Source of the DNA: a virus
Taxonomy: Duplodnaviria > Caudoviricetes
Strand: one strand, 5' to 3'
DNA: 58,793 nt
IMG/VR virus record: IMGVR_UViG_3300017786_003035
Coordinates: 1-58,793 of that record
A model generated the notes under the pieces. It ran no database searches. It was not told the DNA's origin and worked only from the letters and a program-made list of their open reading frames with translations. Below, piece after piece: positions 26,342 through 35,575 of this stretch (position 1 is its first letter; each line of letters begins with the position of its first letter). A program made the position numbers and the translations under genes.

Positions 26342-27072
26342 TTTATGACTCCTTCTAGTGTACCTGTACACATTACATCTTCGTGCTTAAACCCTTTGCT
26401 TAAATTAGCAAATTTAGTATCAGCAGTTAGGTAGAATTCATTTAGTCTACCAATAGTTCTTTGTATTCGGCCCCATGTTCGAGAATTCTTTTTTGATACT
26501 TCGCCAATTAGTTGATGTTCTCTTGGACCACTTCCGTAAAAATGTGTTTTACTATTTCCTGCTAATTTATAGTCAGGTAAAAAATAATCTAAGTCTACAC
26601 CTAGTAAGTATATTTCTCTAAAGCCCATAAAGTAAGCAGTGATTGCCGCATCCAAAGGAGTAGTTCTAGTAGTACCCCAACCTTTATCAAAACTTAATGG
26701 ATGACCTTTGCGTTCAACTGTTAACTTATTACTGTAGTTTTTCTTAATAGGTATATAATCTTCTTTAATAGCAATATTATCTTCAGCCATAATATCAGCA
26801 ATTTTACTTGAATAAAATCTAGGAGATTTTATTGCCGATAGTTGTGGATACCATCTTGTATATAATTCTTTGTATACTAAAGCATCACCTAAGAAAAAGT
26901 AAGAATAATCAGGTAGTCCATGTGTAGTCGCTAGAAAAGATTTGTTACATGCTATTACCTGCTCGCCTTGTAATAAATCTAATCTTTCTTGTGTAAGACT
27001 AGGTGCGCATCCTAGGATAAAAACACGCTGACCAATATGTTTATTTTTATAAGGTTCAAAGTCTAGTAGCAT
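26338..27072 (-). CDS. Maf/DUF115 (MAF_flag10)-like protein
   Basis: VFILGCAPSL, IACN, AYFMGFREIYLLGVD, THFY. Confidence 0.75.
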   Translation of the reverse strand: MLLDFEPYKNKHIGQRVFILGCAPSLTQERLDLLQGEQVIACNKSFLATTHGLPDYSYFFLGDALVYKELYTRWYPQLSAIKSPRFYSSKIADIMAEDNIAIKEDYIPIKKNYSNKLTVERKGHPLSFDKGWGTTRTTPLDAAITAYFMGFREIYLLGVDLDYFLPDYKLAGNSKTHFYGSGPREHQLIGEVSKKNSRTWGRIQRTIGRLNEFYLTADTKFANLSKGFKHEDVMCTGTLEGVIK

Positions 27073-27563
27073 TATAACTCCGCAACTGCGTAGTAACTGT
27101 GATTTAAGTCGTAACCTTTAGTAACAAATACTTTGCTAAAGTTTTTTGCTGTAAAATAATCTTTAATATGATTTGGTTCAAGTAAATGGATATGTTTTCT
27201 GTTGTTCCAAGGTTTCCAATATCCTTGATCCGGGTGTGGCAAATATAAGAATACAATGCCGCCTTTGTGTAATCTAGTTGTCCAATGATCTAATGCTCCA
27301 ACCCAATCATTTAAATGTTCTAAACAATGTGATGAGAAAATATAATCAACTTTTTTATTAGGCAAATTATAAGCATCATATTCGTCGTTAAAAACAAGGT
27401 CGATCATTTGTGCGCCAGGATATGCCCATTCTTTTCTATTACATCCAATATCAAACCCTTCGCCTGTAATTATTTGTTTAGCAAACGGGAATGCATATTG
27501 TGCCGCAAATCCTTTTGTTTGTAACTCAGGATATTCTACACCGTTATACTTGATGGTATTCAT
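27072..27563 (-). CDS. Class I SAM-dependent methyltransferase (type 11-like)
   Basis: FDIGC, VDYIFSSHCLEH, LHKGG....LP. Confidence 0.8.
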   Translation of the reverse strand: MNTIKYNGVEYPELQTKGFAAQYAFPFAKQIITGEGFDIGCNRKEWAYPGAQMIDLVFNDEYDAYNLPNKKVDYIFSSHCLEHLNDWVGALDHWTTRLHKGGIVFLYLPHPDQGYWKPWNNRKHIHLLEPNHIKDYFTAKNFSKVFVTKGYDLNHSYYAVAEL

Positions 27564-28329
27564 TAATATGTACTCCGTTATCTCTAAACATTTTTAAGTG
27601 ATGTTCCCACTTATCTATAGTTCTATTAGTATATATGTATATGTCTGACGGCTTTAAGAACATCTGAGCAAAGTGCATATACCCACTATCAACTCCTAAA
27701 TGGGCTCTTGCCCTACTCATAGTGTAACCGGCTAACGGTGCTGTCATTAGTGCTGGATGTCTTGCTTGACCGCCTACATTAATGATTTTATATCCTTGTT
27801 CACGCCAATAACTACACGCCATATCTATTTGTTCTGATGTTAAATTACGCTTTCTGCTTGACGCATCAAATTGTGCTGTAACAAACTTACTAGGAAGTAA
27901 TTGTTTAATTAATATCGGATCATAACATTCTGGTTTTAATTGGGGGAATGATCTTTGATATTCGTCTACAAAGAAACTTGGTTGTAATACGTTTTGTAGT
28001 TTACCGGGATATTTTTCGTAGTAGTGTAATTTAGCACTAGGATATTGTTGTAATACATGTTGTAAAAATGCTTCGTCACTTTCTTCATAAAATTTATGTA
28101 TTTTTAAATACAACTGTCCTTGCGGAAATAAATCCATTACTTGTTTCCAAGTCTGTGGTTTCATTTTATTATATTGATGAGGAGCAATATGTAGTGTAGC
28201 AGGTTTTCCGTAATGCTGTCCGTAGTTGTACGTTAATAAACAACTATGTACAATATCGCCAAAGCCCGGGCATCCGTAGGGTAGGTTTTTAATACGGGTG
28301 CTCATGTATCTCATTACTACATGTTTCAT
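27544..28329 (-). CDS. GT-B glycosyltransferase-like (GT9-like) protein
   Basis: GFGD near N-terminus, HLGVDSGYMHFA. Confidence 0.65.
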   Translation of the reverse strand: MKHVVMRYMSTRIKNLPYGCPGFGDIVHSCLLTYNYGQHYGKPATLHIAPHQYNKMKPQTWKQVMDLFPQGQLYLKIHKFYEESDEAFLQHVLQQYPSAKLHYYEKYPGKLQNVLQPSFFVDEYQRSFPQLKPECYDPILIKQLLPSKFVTAQFDASSRKRNLTSEQIDMACSYWREQGYKIINVGGQARHPALMTAPLAGYTMSRARAHLGVDSGYMHFAQMFLKPSDIYIYTNRTIDKWEHHLKMFRDNGVHINEYHQV

Positions 28330-28958
28330 TAATTTACTCTAATTTCAAATTGAGTCATTCCGTGTCTATGGAAGTTACTTCGTAAATTATTTTCATCTAC
28401 GAATTGATTAACTGCTTGTGTTACACCTGGCTTACTCCAAGTTGAATCTGGCCATTTAAAGTCGTCACCTAAAATTAAACCTCCAGGCTTAACTTTGTTA
28501 TGTGCTTGTACTAAATCAGCATAGCAACCTTCGTATGAATGGTCACCGTCAATATAAATCCAATCAAGATAGTTGTCAGCACACGAAGCAAACCATTCGC
28601 TTGATGTTTGACGCAGTACTTGTACTTCTGGATTATTAACAAATTTTGTTTTTACTTTTTCGTATACATTATCGTAATAGCGATCAAATTCTTTTTCCAT
28701 GTCAGCATTAGAAAGTCCTTTTGGAGCAATATTAAGTAATTTTCTATATTTTTTTAACCATTTATCATATGGCATTTCGCTGTTGTCTTTAAATGGTTCA
28801 ACTGAATACGGATCTACTAGATACAATTCTTTTAATTTTTTCTTCTGAAATTCAGCTGATGTGTTTGCCATCCATACACCTATTTCAGCACCAATTGTAC
28901 CTTGTTTAATTAGGTGTAAAATATTTGGCGCATCGCTATTTCTTTCCTTACCCATCAT
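28329..28958 (-). CDS. Class I SAM-dependent methyltransferase (type 24-like)
   Basis: AEIGVW, LVDPY, LDWIYIDGDHSYE, VKPGGLILGDDF. Confidence 0.85.
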   Translation of the reverse strand: MMGKERNSDAPNILHLIKQGTIGAEIGVWMANTSAEFQKKKLKELYLVDPYSVEPFKDNSEMPYDKWLKKYRKLLNIAPKGLSNADMEKEFDRYYDNVYEKVKTKFVNNPEVQVLRQTSSEWFASCADNYLDWIYIDGDHSYEGCYADLVQAHNKVKPGGLILGDDFKWPDSTWSKPGVTQAVNQFVDENNLRSNFHRHGMTQFEIRVN

Positions 28959-29751
28959 TGTATTGTTCTCCTATTGCTGTCATTAACGCTGGCACATTTT
29001 CGCCGTGTGCTGGTAATTTATCTTTTAAGAAAAAGTGTACAAAGTATGCTTCGGGTAATTTACTATCTTCGATGCCTTTATACAATCCGTTCCATTTCCA
29101 ATTCATATTAAGTGTGGGGATCTTTTCTTTCTTTACCCACCAGTTAAGTAGCATTTGGTCAGTTGACCATTTACGGTAACCAACTCCGTCTACAAAGTCT
29201 TTAAACTCTGGCCTGCTTAGAAATTCTTTTGGTGATTGCCCTTTTAAGTATGGAGCAAATTGTTTACAGTTTATAACCATCATTCCCATGTTGTAAAATT
29301 CAGCGCCAAGATCATTCCATTTCCAATCTACATCTTTACATGGTTCAAATGCGGCTTTTGAATATTTTCTAATTTTGCTTTTGTATTTTTTAGCACAAGG
29401 TAGTTCACGTTCTGCTACAGCGCCAAAAGCACATTCTTCAGGGAAGTCTTTAAAAATATTTGGAGCAGTAGGTCTAATATAAATGTCACTATCAATAATT
29501 GCTATTTGATCGTATTTGTTAATATGTAAGAACGCAGTTTCTTTTTCAAATATAGGTAAGTATCCTAATCTTTCAACTGCTTCTTTACTACGACCTGTGC
29601 GTTCTAAATCGGGTCTAATTTTTAGTACAGGTTCCGTTTGTACAATATGTTCAATACCATATTTTTTACAGTATTCGGCTGTGCTTTTAATACAATGTTT
29701 ATATAAGTTACTTTGCGCACCAACAGCGACTTGGTATATCATACGCTTCAT
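28948..29751 (-). CDS. GT-A glycosyltransferase (GT8/GT34-like)
   Basis: IIDSDI (DxD), YNMGMM, TDQ.LLN, WN, FVHF. Confidence 0.75.
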   Translation of the reverse strand: MKRMIYQVAVGAQSNLYKHCIKSTAEYCKKYGIEHIVQTEPVLKIRPDLERTGRSKEAVERLGYLPIFEKETAFLHINKYDQIAIIDSDIYIRPTAPNIFKDFPEECAFGAVAERELPCAKKYKSKIRKYSKAAFEPCKDVDWKWNDLGAEFYNMGMMVINCKQFAPYLKGQSPKEFLSRPEFKDFVDGVGYRKWSTDQMLLNWWVKKEKIPTLNMNWKWNGLYKGIEDSKLPEAYFVHFFLKDKLPAHGENVPALMTAIGEQYNDG

Positions 29752-30311
29752 GATAAATCCTTTGTAAAACTAACTTCTGTTTTATATGTTACTTTATTGT
29801 ACTTATCAAATTTCATATCCACAATTCCATCACACAGCATCCAGTCTGCTGGCATTGCTCCGTTAGCATGTACCCAGTCTAATATTTTTTTAGCGCCTGT
29901 AGGTGTAATACGATAAGCCCTAGCACCTTCAAACCAGTTGCCAGGTGGTATAGGTTTTGCTTTGTTAAAACCTTCAAACTTGTACACATCACAATCTACA
30001 TATTCGCCTATAGGTTTTTTAAAAACAACATCATGTTCAAATATACATATAGGTTCATTTGTGGTGTGGCATTTTTGCCACAGTAAGTATTGGCTTAAGA
30101 AACAACCTTGTGTACCAGGACGGGCAAGTAATCGTTGTGCTTTTTTATGTGGATATACTTTTAAGTTATAATCAATAAGACCTTGTTTCATCCCATTGAT
30201 GCCTTCAAATAGTTCTAGGTTCCAGCCTTGTTTAGTTCCTGTTTCTAACGCACGACTAGCCATACTAACACTATCAGGATAAGTTGGAAGATAGATTATG
30301 TATCCATTCAC
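29748..30311 (-). CDS. Glycosyltransferase family 25-like
   Basis: GCFLSQ..LW, IFEHD, AYRITP.GAKK, PAD; GTG start. Confidence 0.75.
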   Translation of the reverse strand: MNGYIIYLPTYPDSVSMASRALETGTKQGWNLELFEGINGMKQGLIDYNLKVYPHKKAQRLLARPGTQGCFLSQYLLWQKCHTTNEPICIFEHDVVFKKPIGEYVDCDVYKFEGFNKAKPIPPGNWFEGARAYRITPTGAKKILDWVHANGAMPADWMLCDGIVDMKFDKYNKVTYKTEVSFTKDLS

Positions 30312-31159
30312 GTATCTGTATTCCTTATTTCTACTACAACTTTATCGTACCAATGTTGTGGTAGCCATCTTAATTGTGCTTGTTTAAACTTTAGTCCGTC
30401 TTTTTTATTACCCTTGCCAGTACTAAAAATATTATGTTTTTTAATACCCCAAGAATTCCATTCATACGGTATCTCTCCGTATGTGTTGCCTAAGTTTTTC
30501 CAATCTTTCATTACTTGCCTAAGTACATGTTGATCAATAAACCAATAACAGCCTTTTTCAAACCCTTTATGTAACTGTCTAGCAAATAGTTTACGCCATT
30601 CTAATCCTTTATGTCCTAATCCTGGACTTAATGCACTAGCAATAAAAATTTCAGGTTCTTTTGGCTTAGGCATAATGCTAACCTCAGAAGTAATTTCAGC
30701 AAAATCTTTTAAATGAAATCCTGTACGTAGTATACTATCACAATCAATTTGTAATATTCGTTGTTGTGGATTTGTAAAAATTTCTGCCATACGTATAAAC
30801 CTTACACTGGCCAAATATGTGCGTCTAGCAATGTAATCTAAATCGCCTGTTTTAAAAATGTTTATACCTTCGTCCATCATATGTTTATTTTTTGGCAAAT
30901 CTACGTAGAACTGTTTGTCTACATCTTCGTAGGTATATGTAAACTTGAATTGTTCATTCAACCTTTTTAAAATAGTATGATCAATATTACCTTCGTTAAT
31001 AATATGACAGTGTACATGTATCCATCCTACTGTCCTATTAATACTTTGCTGTAAGGCATATCCGTGTCTATCAAAATAATCGTAATCACAACTAAAGTAA
31101 ATTACATTCTCTGCTTCTCGCGGACACATAAGTCCTTTTAATTCTGGAAGTTTACGCAT
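30308..31159 (-). CDS. GT-A-like hypothetical protein
   Basis: SCD..YF, RF, QIDCDS (DxD), WFIDQ, TGKG. Confidence 0.55.
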   Translation of the reverse strand: MRKLPELKGLMCPREAENVIYFSCDYDYFDRHGYALQQSINRTVGWIHVHCHIINEGNIDHTILKRLNEQFKFTYTYEDVDKQFYVDLPKNKHMMDEGINIFKTGDLDYIARRTYLASVRFIRMAEIFTNPQQRILQIDCDSILRTGFHLKDFAEITSEVSIMPKPKEPEIFIASALSPGLGHKGLEWRKLFARQLHKGFEKGCYWFIDQHVLRQVMKDWKNLGNTYGEIPYEWNSWGIKKHNIFSTGKGNKKDGLKFKQAQLRWLPQHWYDKVVVEIRNTDT

Positions 31160-31835
31160 CTGGTGCCATACCAGGTCGATATGCTAGTACAGCATTTTTT
31201 TCGCCACGTCCTATTTTACGTACCATCCTATATCCATAAGGCATTAATACATCTCTAATGCTATCTCTATTATATCCGTATCTTGCTGGATGTTCTTTGC
31301 GTTCATAAAGTATTGTTGGTTGACATCTTTTAATAGTTTCAATTGCTCCTAATGCTACTAGAGGTTCGTATCCTTCAGCATCAATTTTAATAAAATCAAC
31401 ATCTTGTAAATTATAAAAATCTAAAGGCATAACAGGAAGTTTACCTTTATTTTGATTTTGTGTTCCGGGCTTAATGTGTGTACTAAAACTTTTATTAGTG
31501 GTAACCAGATCAACATTCTCTTCTATTTCGCCTATACCTACAGGATATGTTGTTACATTATTACATCTATCTTTTAGGTTATGTACCATACACTCGTAAA
31601 TAGGAGGATTAATTTCAAAAGCATGTACATGATCAAAAGACTTAGCCATTTGAAATGCTGTAAGTCCTACGTGTGCTCCAATGTCAACTGCTACTCTTAT
31701 TCTACTACAATGACTCATAGCAACCATAAGTTCTGAATGTTGGTAATCTTCAATATTACCGTTACCTTGTTTCTTGGCACTTTTTAAACACATATCCATT
31801 TGTGTTGTACGCCATCCGTCTATTTCTTTATACAT
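31152..31835 (-). CDS. FkbM family methyltransferase
   Basis: VDIGAHVG, AFE, LD, VDFIKIDAEGYE. Confidence 0.88.
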   Translation of the reverse strand: MYKEIDGWRTTQMDMCLKSAKKQGNGNIEDYQHSELMVAMSHCSRIRVAVDIGAHVGLTAFQMAKSFDHVHAFEINPPIYECMVHNLKDRCNNVTTYPVGIGEIEENVDLVTTNKSFSTHIKPGTQNQNKGKLPVMPLDFYNLQDVDFIKIDAEGYEPLVALGAIETIKRCQPTILYERKEHPARYGYNRDSIRDVLMPYGYRMVRKIGRGEKNAVLAYRPGMAPDA

Positions 31836-32604
31836 TGTCTACCTGATATTCAAACGTACAGTGCCAAGCAGTACCGTCACTAAATTCGTCTCTATCAAAC
31901 TGACTCCAAGCAATATGTTCTAACATAGGAGTTCTATCAAAGTTTTCTTGATCTTGCCAATGTTGAACAGCACTTTGTCCAAGTACTTTAATAGGTTTGC
32001 CTAAACACAATGCTTCTACAACAGCCATACTATGGTATGTTATAACTTTCTTTGCGTTAGTCATTAGTGGTAATACTTCTTGGAAACGCTGTCTACGTTT
32101 CCCTTCTTTTTCTCTTATAATTAACCGTTCTGGAAGACTGTCATAATGTCTTATAGTATCGGTGCGCCATGTGTTATAATCTTGTCCTAAGTATTTAAAG
32201 ATGTTACTGTTGTTAGGCATTACTAACAGGTTATAATCACCTTTGGTATTCCAGTCTTTATTCCAAACATTATCATCAAGTTTTAGCATATTGATTCTAC
32301 TACTCGATACATCTTTTACTTTAGTATTTTGTAATGAATTATAACTTATTCTATAATAGAAAGGCGTCTTATGACGCATGTTACCTAAATATCCATTATC
32401 AATATGAAAAAAATTAATATTAGGATTTTTAATAGCATCAAATACCCAATTATCAAAAGGATGACTAAATGCTAAGAATCGATCAGGCTCAATTTCATCT
32501 TGCGATTCAATAGTAATAGTATCGCAATTTTCATATAGATATGAAAAAACTTGACCTCGTAATTCTTTTGATCTTTTTGGGATTTGAAACTTATACTGAT
32601 GCAT
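31828..32604 (-). CDS. GT-B glycosyltransferase-like protein (KpsS-like paralog)
   Basis: HIDNGY, IIREK, ITYHSMAVVEALCLGKP, IAWSQF..E; paralog of 20052..20924. Confidence 0.55.
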   Translation of the reverse strand: MHQYKFQIPKRSKELRGQVFSYLYENCDTITIESQDEIEPDRFLAFSHPFDNWVFDAIKNPNINFFHIDNGYLGNMRHKTPFYYRISYNSLQNTKVKDVSSSRINMLKLDDNVWNKDWNTKGDYNLLVMPNNSNIFKYLGQDYNTWRTDTIRHYDSLPERLIIREKEGKRRQRFQEVLPLMTNAKKVITYHSMAVVEALCLGKPIKVLGQSAVQHWQDQENFDRTPMLEHIAWSQFDRDEFSDGTAWHCTFEYQVDNV

Positions 32605-33046
32605 CTTCCATACCTGCGACTCTTAACTTGACAACATTAGTTATCTGCCATTGTTTTTGATCAAGTCCTTTCAAGAGACCTAACCATTTGTTACGCAGGA
32701 GGGCAAATTCGTTAATAATTTTTTCGTAGTCTACTACGTCAGCTTCACCGTCGACATATTTCTCAACATCACGACTAGATAAAGCTCGTTGATAAGTTTC
32801 TAAATATTTTTTGAAAAATGAGCTACGCAACCTACGTAGCTCAATATTCAAGTAATTAAGTATAGCTTCAATTTCTTGTAGCTGATTAAAACGCTGTTCA
32901 ACGATACCGGGCATCTCTGCCGCGGCACGTTCAACATTGCCTTTTAATTTTACTTCATTTCGAGCATCAATTAACTCTGATTCAAAGTATGCAATTGCGT
33001 CTGGGATCTTGTTTATATTTCTCGATACTTCTGAGTAATATCCCAT
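32591..33046 (-). CDS. uvsY: Recombination mediator UvsY-like
   Basis: Helical 151-aa protein with DVEKYVDGE and KQWQITN; adjacent to uvsX. Confidence 0.7.
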   Translation of the reverse strand: MGYYSEVSRNINKIPDAIAYFESELIDARNEVKLKGNVERAAAEMPGIVEQRFNQLQEIEAILNYLNIELRRLRSSFFKKYLETYQRALSSRDVEKYVDGEADVVDYEKIINEFALLRNKWLGLLKGLDQKQWQITNVVKLRVAGMEDASV

Positions 33047-33283
33047 TTATTCGTCCCATTCGTCTTGTTCGTCTGCATGAACATCTTCTTCGTCTAAATC
33101 AAGATAATATGTAATTGCGGCATCTAAAATATCACAAGTTCCCATAGCATCTCTAAAATGAGTATCGTCAGCACCATAATCAGCACATGTATCAACAAAT
33201 CTCTCTGCTGTAGCTTCTATAGTTTTCTTATCAATACTGTCTTTAAACGTATTCCACATATCAGCAATTAATCCTGCTTCCAT
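33047..33283 (-). CDS. Small acidic hypothetical protein
   Basis: 78-aa ORF with AGGAG SD, between uvsX and uvsY. Confidence 0.7.
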   Translation of the reverse strand: MEAGLIADMWNTFKDSIDKKTIEATAERFVDTCADYGADDTHFRDAMGTCDILDAAITYYLDLDEEDVHADEQDEWDE

Positions 33284-33289
33284 ATTTTT

Positions 33290-34384
33290 CTACTCCTGTT
33301 CGGTAAGTTCTTTTTCAGCAACAATCGGCTCTTCAATTGCTACATCATCCTCGGTATTTACCTCCGGAGTAGTTTGAGCTTCATATTCTGACATAATTAA
33401 ATTCATCTTTTCTGGTGTCATCCATGCTTTACGATAGTCAAGATGTTCTTCACCATTAAGATCAACATATTTAAGTCTATTGCCTTGTTTAACAAGTAAG
33501 TCTTTCTTTTCAAACAATTCAATAAGTCCGCTATAAGGATTCATGCCTGTTTCATATGGAATCTTAACTTGTACGCCTTCAAACGGTTTTGCGTAACGAG
33601 TTTTCATTACTTTACAACCTGCTCTAATACCACGTACTTCGCTAATCTTATTACCTGCTTCATCTTCTTTAAGTTTCATCTTTTTCATTGCTACTACAAT
33701 TGAAGATGCGTAGATAAAGCCTTGGCCACCACTGATCTTGTCATCTGGGTCAAACATATCTTGTGATGCGTATGTATGGTTAGTACATACTAGTCCTACG
33801 TTGTAACTACCAATCATGTTAACAGTATTTCTAACAAGTGATGTTAGTGCTTTAGGCTTACGACCCATATCACCCTTCATATCACCCTTGTTAAACTGAT
33901 CAACATCAGTTGGCGTTAATAGCATACCTAATGAGTCAACTACAAACAATACCTTAGGACGATCTTCCTCGTTCATTGCTTTATAGTCAGCCATAAATGT
34001 ACTAATAGTTTTTGCTACATCATCAATCATTGACATATTAAGTTTAAGAAGTTTATCTTCTCCAGTGTCAACGTCTAGTGCTTGTAGCCATGATTCATCA
34101 AGTGCGTTCTCTGAGTCAATTAATACTACAAAGATACCTTGATCTTGTGCGTGTTTTACAATGTTACCGGCACAAAAGTAACTTTTACCTGCGCCCGATT
34201 CACCTGCGAACACTGTTACCTTACCTAATGGAACACCTCTGTGAAAGTCTCCACTAATAAGATAGTTAAGTGCATATGAGCCTGTTGAGATCCAATCTGT
34301 AGGATCGTTAAAGCCGCTACTCATGCCTGAGATACTTTTAGTTAAGTCCTTACGGAACTTACTAACATCAAACGATTTAGCCAT
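33290..34384 (-). CDS. uvsX: RecA-like recombinase UvsX
   Basis: STGS..LN, AGESGAGKS, IDSENA, VVDSLG, NHTY, SGG, KTR. Confidence 0.95.
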   Translation of the reverse strand: MAKSFDVSKFRKDLTKSISGMSSGFNDPTDWISTGSYALNYLISGDFHRGVPLGKVTVFAGESGAGKSYFCAGNIVKHAQDQGIFVVLIDSENALDESWLQALDVDTGEDKLLKLNMSMIDDVAKTISTFMADYKAMNEEDRPKVLFVVDSLGMLLTPTDVDQFNKGDMKGDMGRKPKALTSLVRNTVNMIGSYNVGLVCTNHTYASQDMFDPDDKISGGQGFIYASSIVVAMKKMKLKEDEAGNKISEVRGIRAGCKVMKTRYAKPFEGVQVKIPYETGMNPYSGLIELFEKKDLLVKQGNRLKYVDLNGEEHLDYRKAWMTPEKMNLIMSEYEAQTTPEVNTEDDVAIEEPIVAEKELTEQE

Positions 34385-34404
34385 AGTTTCTCCTTGTTTA
34401 AAGC

Positions 34405-34436
34405 TAATATAGGGGATATTTCACCCCTACACATTA
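34405..34436 (-). terminator. Stem-loop between gp32 and uvsX (weak terminator or mRNA stabiliser)
   Basis: TAGGGG-TGAAATAT-CCCCTA hairpin, extendable by A-U/G-U pairs; only a short U tail. Confidence 0.5.
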
Positions 34437-34444
34437 TTTTTATT

Positions 34445-35431
34445 TTATGATTGACGTGCTCTAATCATTGACAAGATGTCTTCTGCTTTACCATCATTTG
34501 CCGGAGCCGCCGCTGGTGTTGCTTCTGCTACTGGAGCAGGTGCTACTGGTGCCGCCTCTGGTGTTGGTGCCGCTTCTGGTGCGCTCTGACTAGTAGCAGT
34601 CGCTTGTGGACTTGCCGCCTTTGTCGGATCACCTGTTCTTGCCGCCATACCTGATGGTCTAAAGTAATTGCTCCAACGATCTGGATCATATGCTTCACCA
34701 TCTACTGATGCTTCAAACATTTCTTGCATTACTTTTACTTCAACATCACCTGGCTTCTTAGGTAAGAAGTCTGATAAGTTAAACAAACCATTAGTTTCAA
34801 TAGCTTTCATTTCAACGTCAGTTAATGGACGCTCTCTACGTGCCCAATTACTTGTGCTATAGTCTGCGTATCCACCTTTTGAAGTTTTATTAAGACGGAA
34901 GTCTACACCAGCAGTATAATCTGTTGGTAATTCTTCCATATCAGGATCCATAAGTGCCTGCTTAATAATTTGAAAGATTTGCGGTCCAATGATAAAACGT
35001 CTAATTGGATTTTCTGGAGTGTTATCGTCTGATAGTGGATTATCAGTTACGTAACCTTGGAATACGTATGAACGCTTTTTCCAATACTTACGACCCATGT
35101 CTTCAAGACTTGCGTCTTTAAACCATCCACGTACCTCGTTTAGGATATTACAAGTTTCGCCATACATTTCCATACATGGTACTTGTACTTGTACTGGACG
35201 TGATCCAGTATCGCCTTTTACTCCGCTAAATGGAAGTTTGATCATCAAACGTTCTTTCCAAAAGAAAGTATTTGATTCATCGCCATCTGGCAAGAATCTT
35301 AGAGTCGAGCTCTGTCCTTCTGCCATATTCCAAAATGGGTAAATTGCGTTGTCGCCACCTGATGATCGATTGCCACCGGTGTTTGCTTCTTGTTCTTTAA
35401 GTTTAGCTCTAATTTCTGCTAATGATGCCAT
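34445..35431 (-). CDS. 32: Single-stranded DNA-binding protein (T4 gp32-like)
   Basis: LRFLP, C....C, RKYWKKRSY, DF.L.K..KGGYADY..S, Ala/Pro-rich tail; AGGAGG SD. Confidence 0.9.
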   Translation of the reverse strand: MASLAEIRAKLKEQEANTGGNRSSGGDNAIYPFWNMAEGQSSTLRFLPDGDESNTFFWKERLMIKLPFSGVKGDTGSRPVQVQVPCMEMYGETCNILNEVRGWFKDASLEDMGRKYWKKRSYVFQGYVTDNPLSDDNTPENPIRRFIIGPQIFQIIKQALMDPDMEELPTDYTAGVDFRLNKTSKGGYADYSTSNWARRERPLTDVEMKAIETNGLFNLSDFLPKKPGDVEVKVMQEMFEASVDGEAYDPDRWSNYFRPSGMAARTGDPTKAASPQATATSQSAPEAAPTPEAAPVAPAPVAEATPAAAPANDGKAEDILSMIRARQS

Positions 35432-35516
35432 AGTTATGCCTCCTATATGTTATGCCTATGTGCTGAGTAACAACATTGTTACCCTTTGTGCCTTAATTAC
35501 GTACAGCACTATATGT
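35432..35516 (-). promoter_or_regulatory. Structured, repeat-containing 5' leader of gp32
   Basis: GTGCTG/CAGCAC outer stem, GTAACAA/TTGTTAC hairpin, two AGGCATAAC repeats around the SD. Confidence 0.5.
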
Positions 35517-35545
35517 ATTGTACGCTATTACTTATTAAAAGTCAA
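35517..35545 (-). promoter_or_regulatory. Sigma70-type promoter for gp32
   Basis: TTGACT-17 nt-TACAAT. Confidence 0.7.
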
Positions 35546-35575
35546 CCTTTATTTTGCCTTTTTTGGATAAAATGT

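Noticed and set aside
34500-34620. Imperfect GGTGC/GCCGC repeats at the gp32 3' end
   Set aside because: Explained by the Ala/Pro-rich protein linker; not a separate DNA repeat element.
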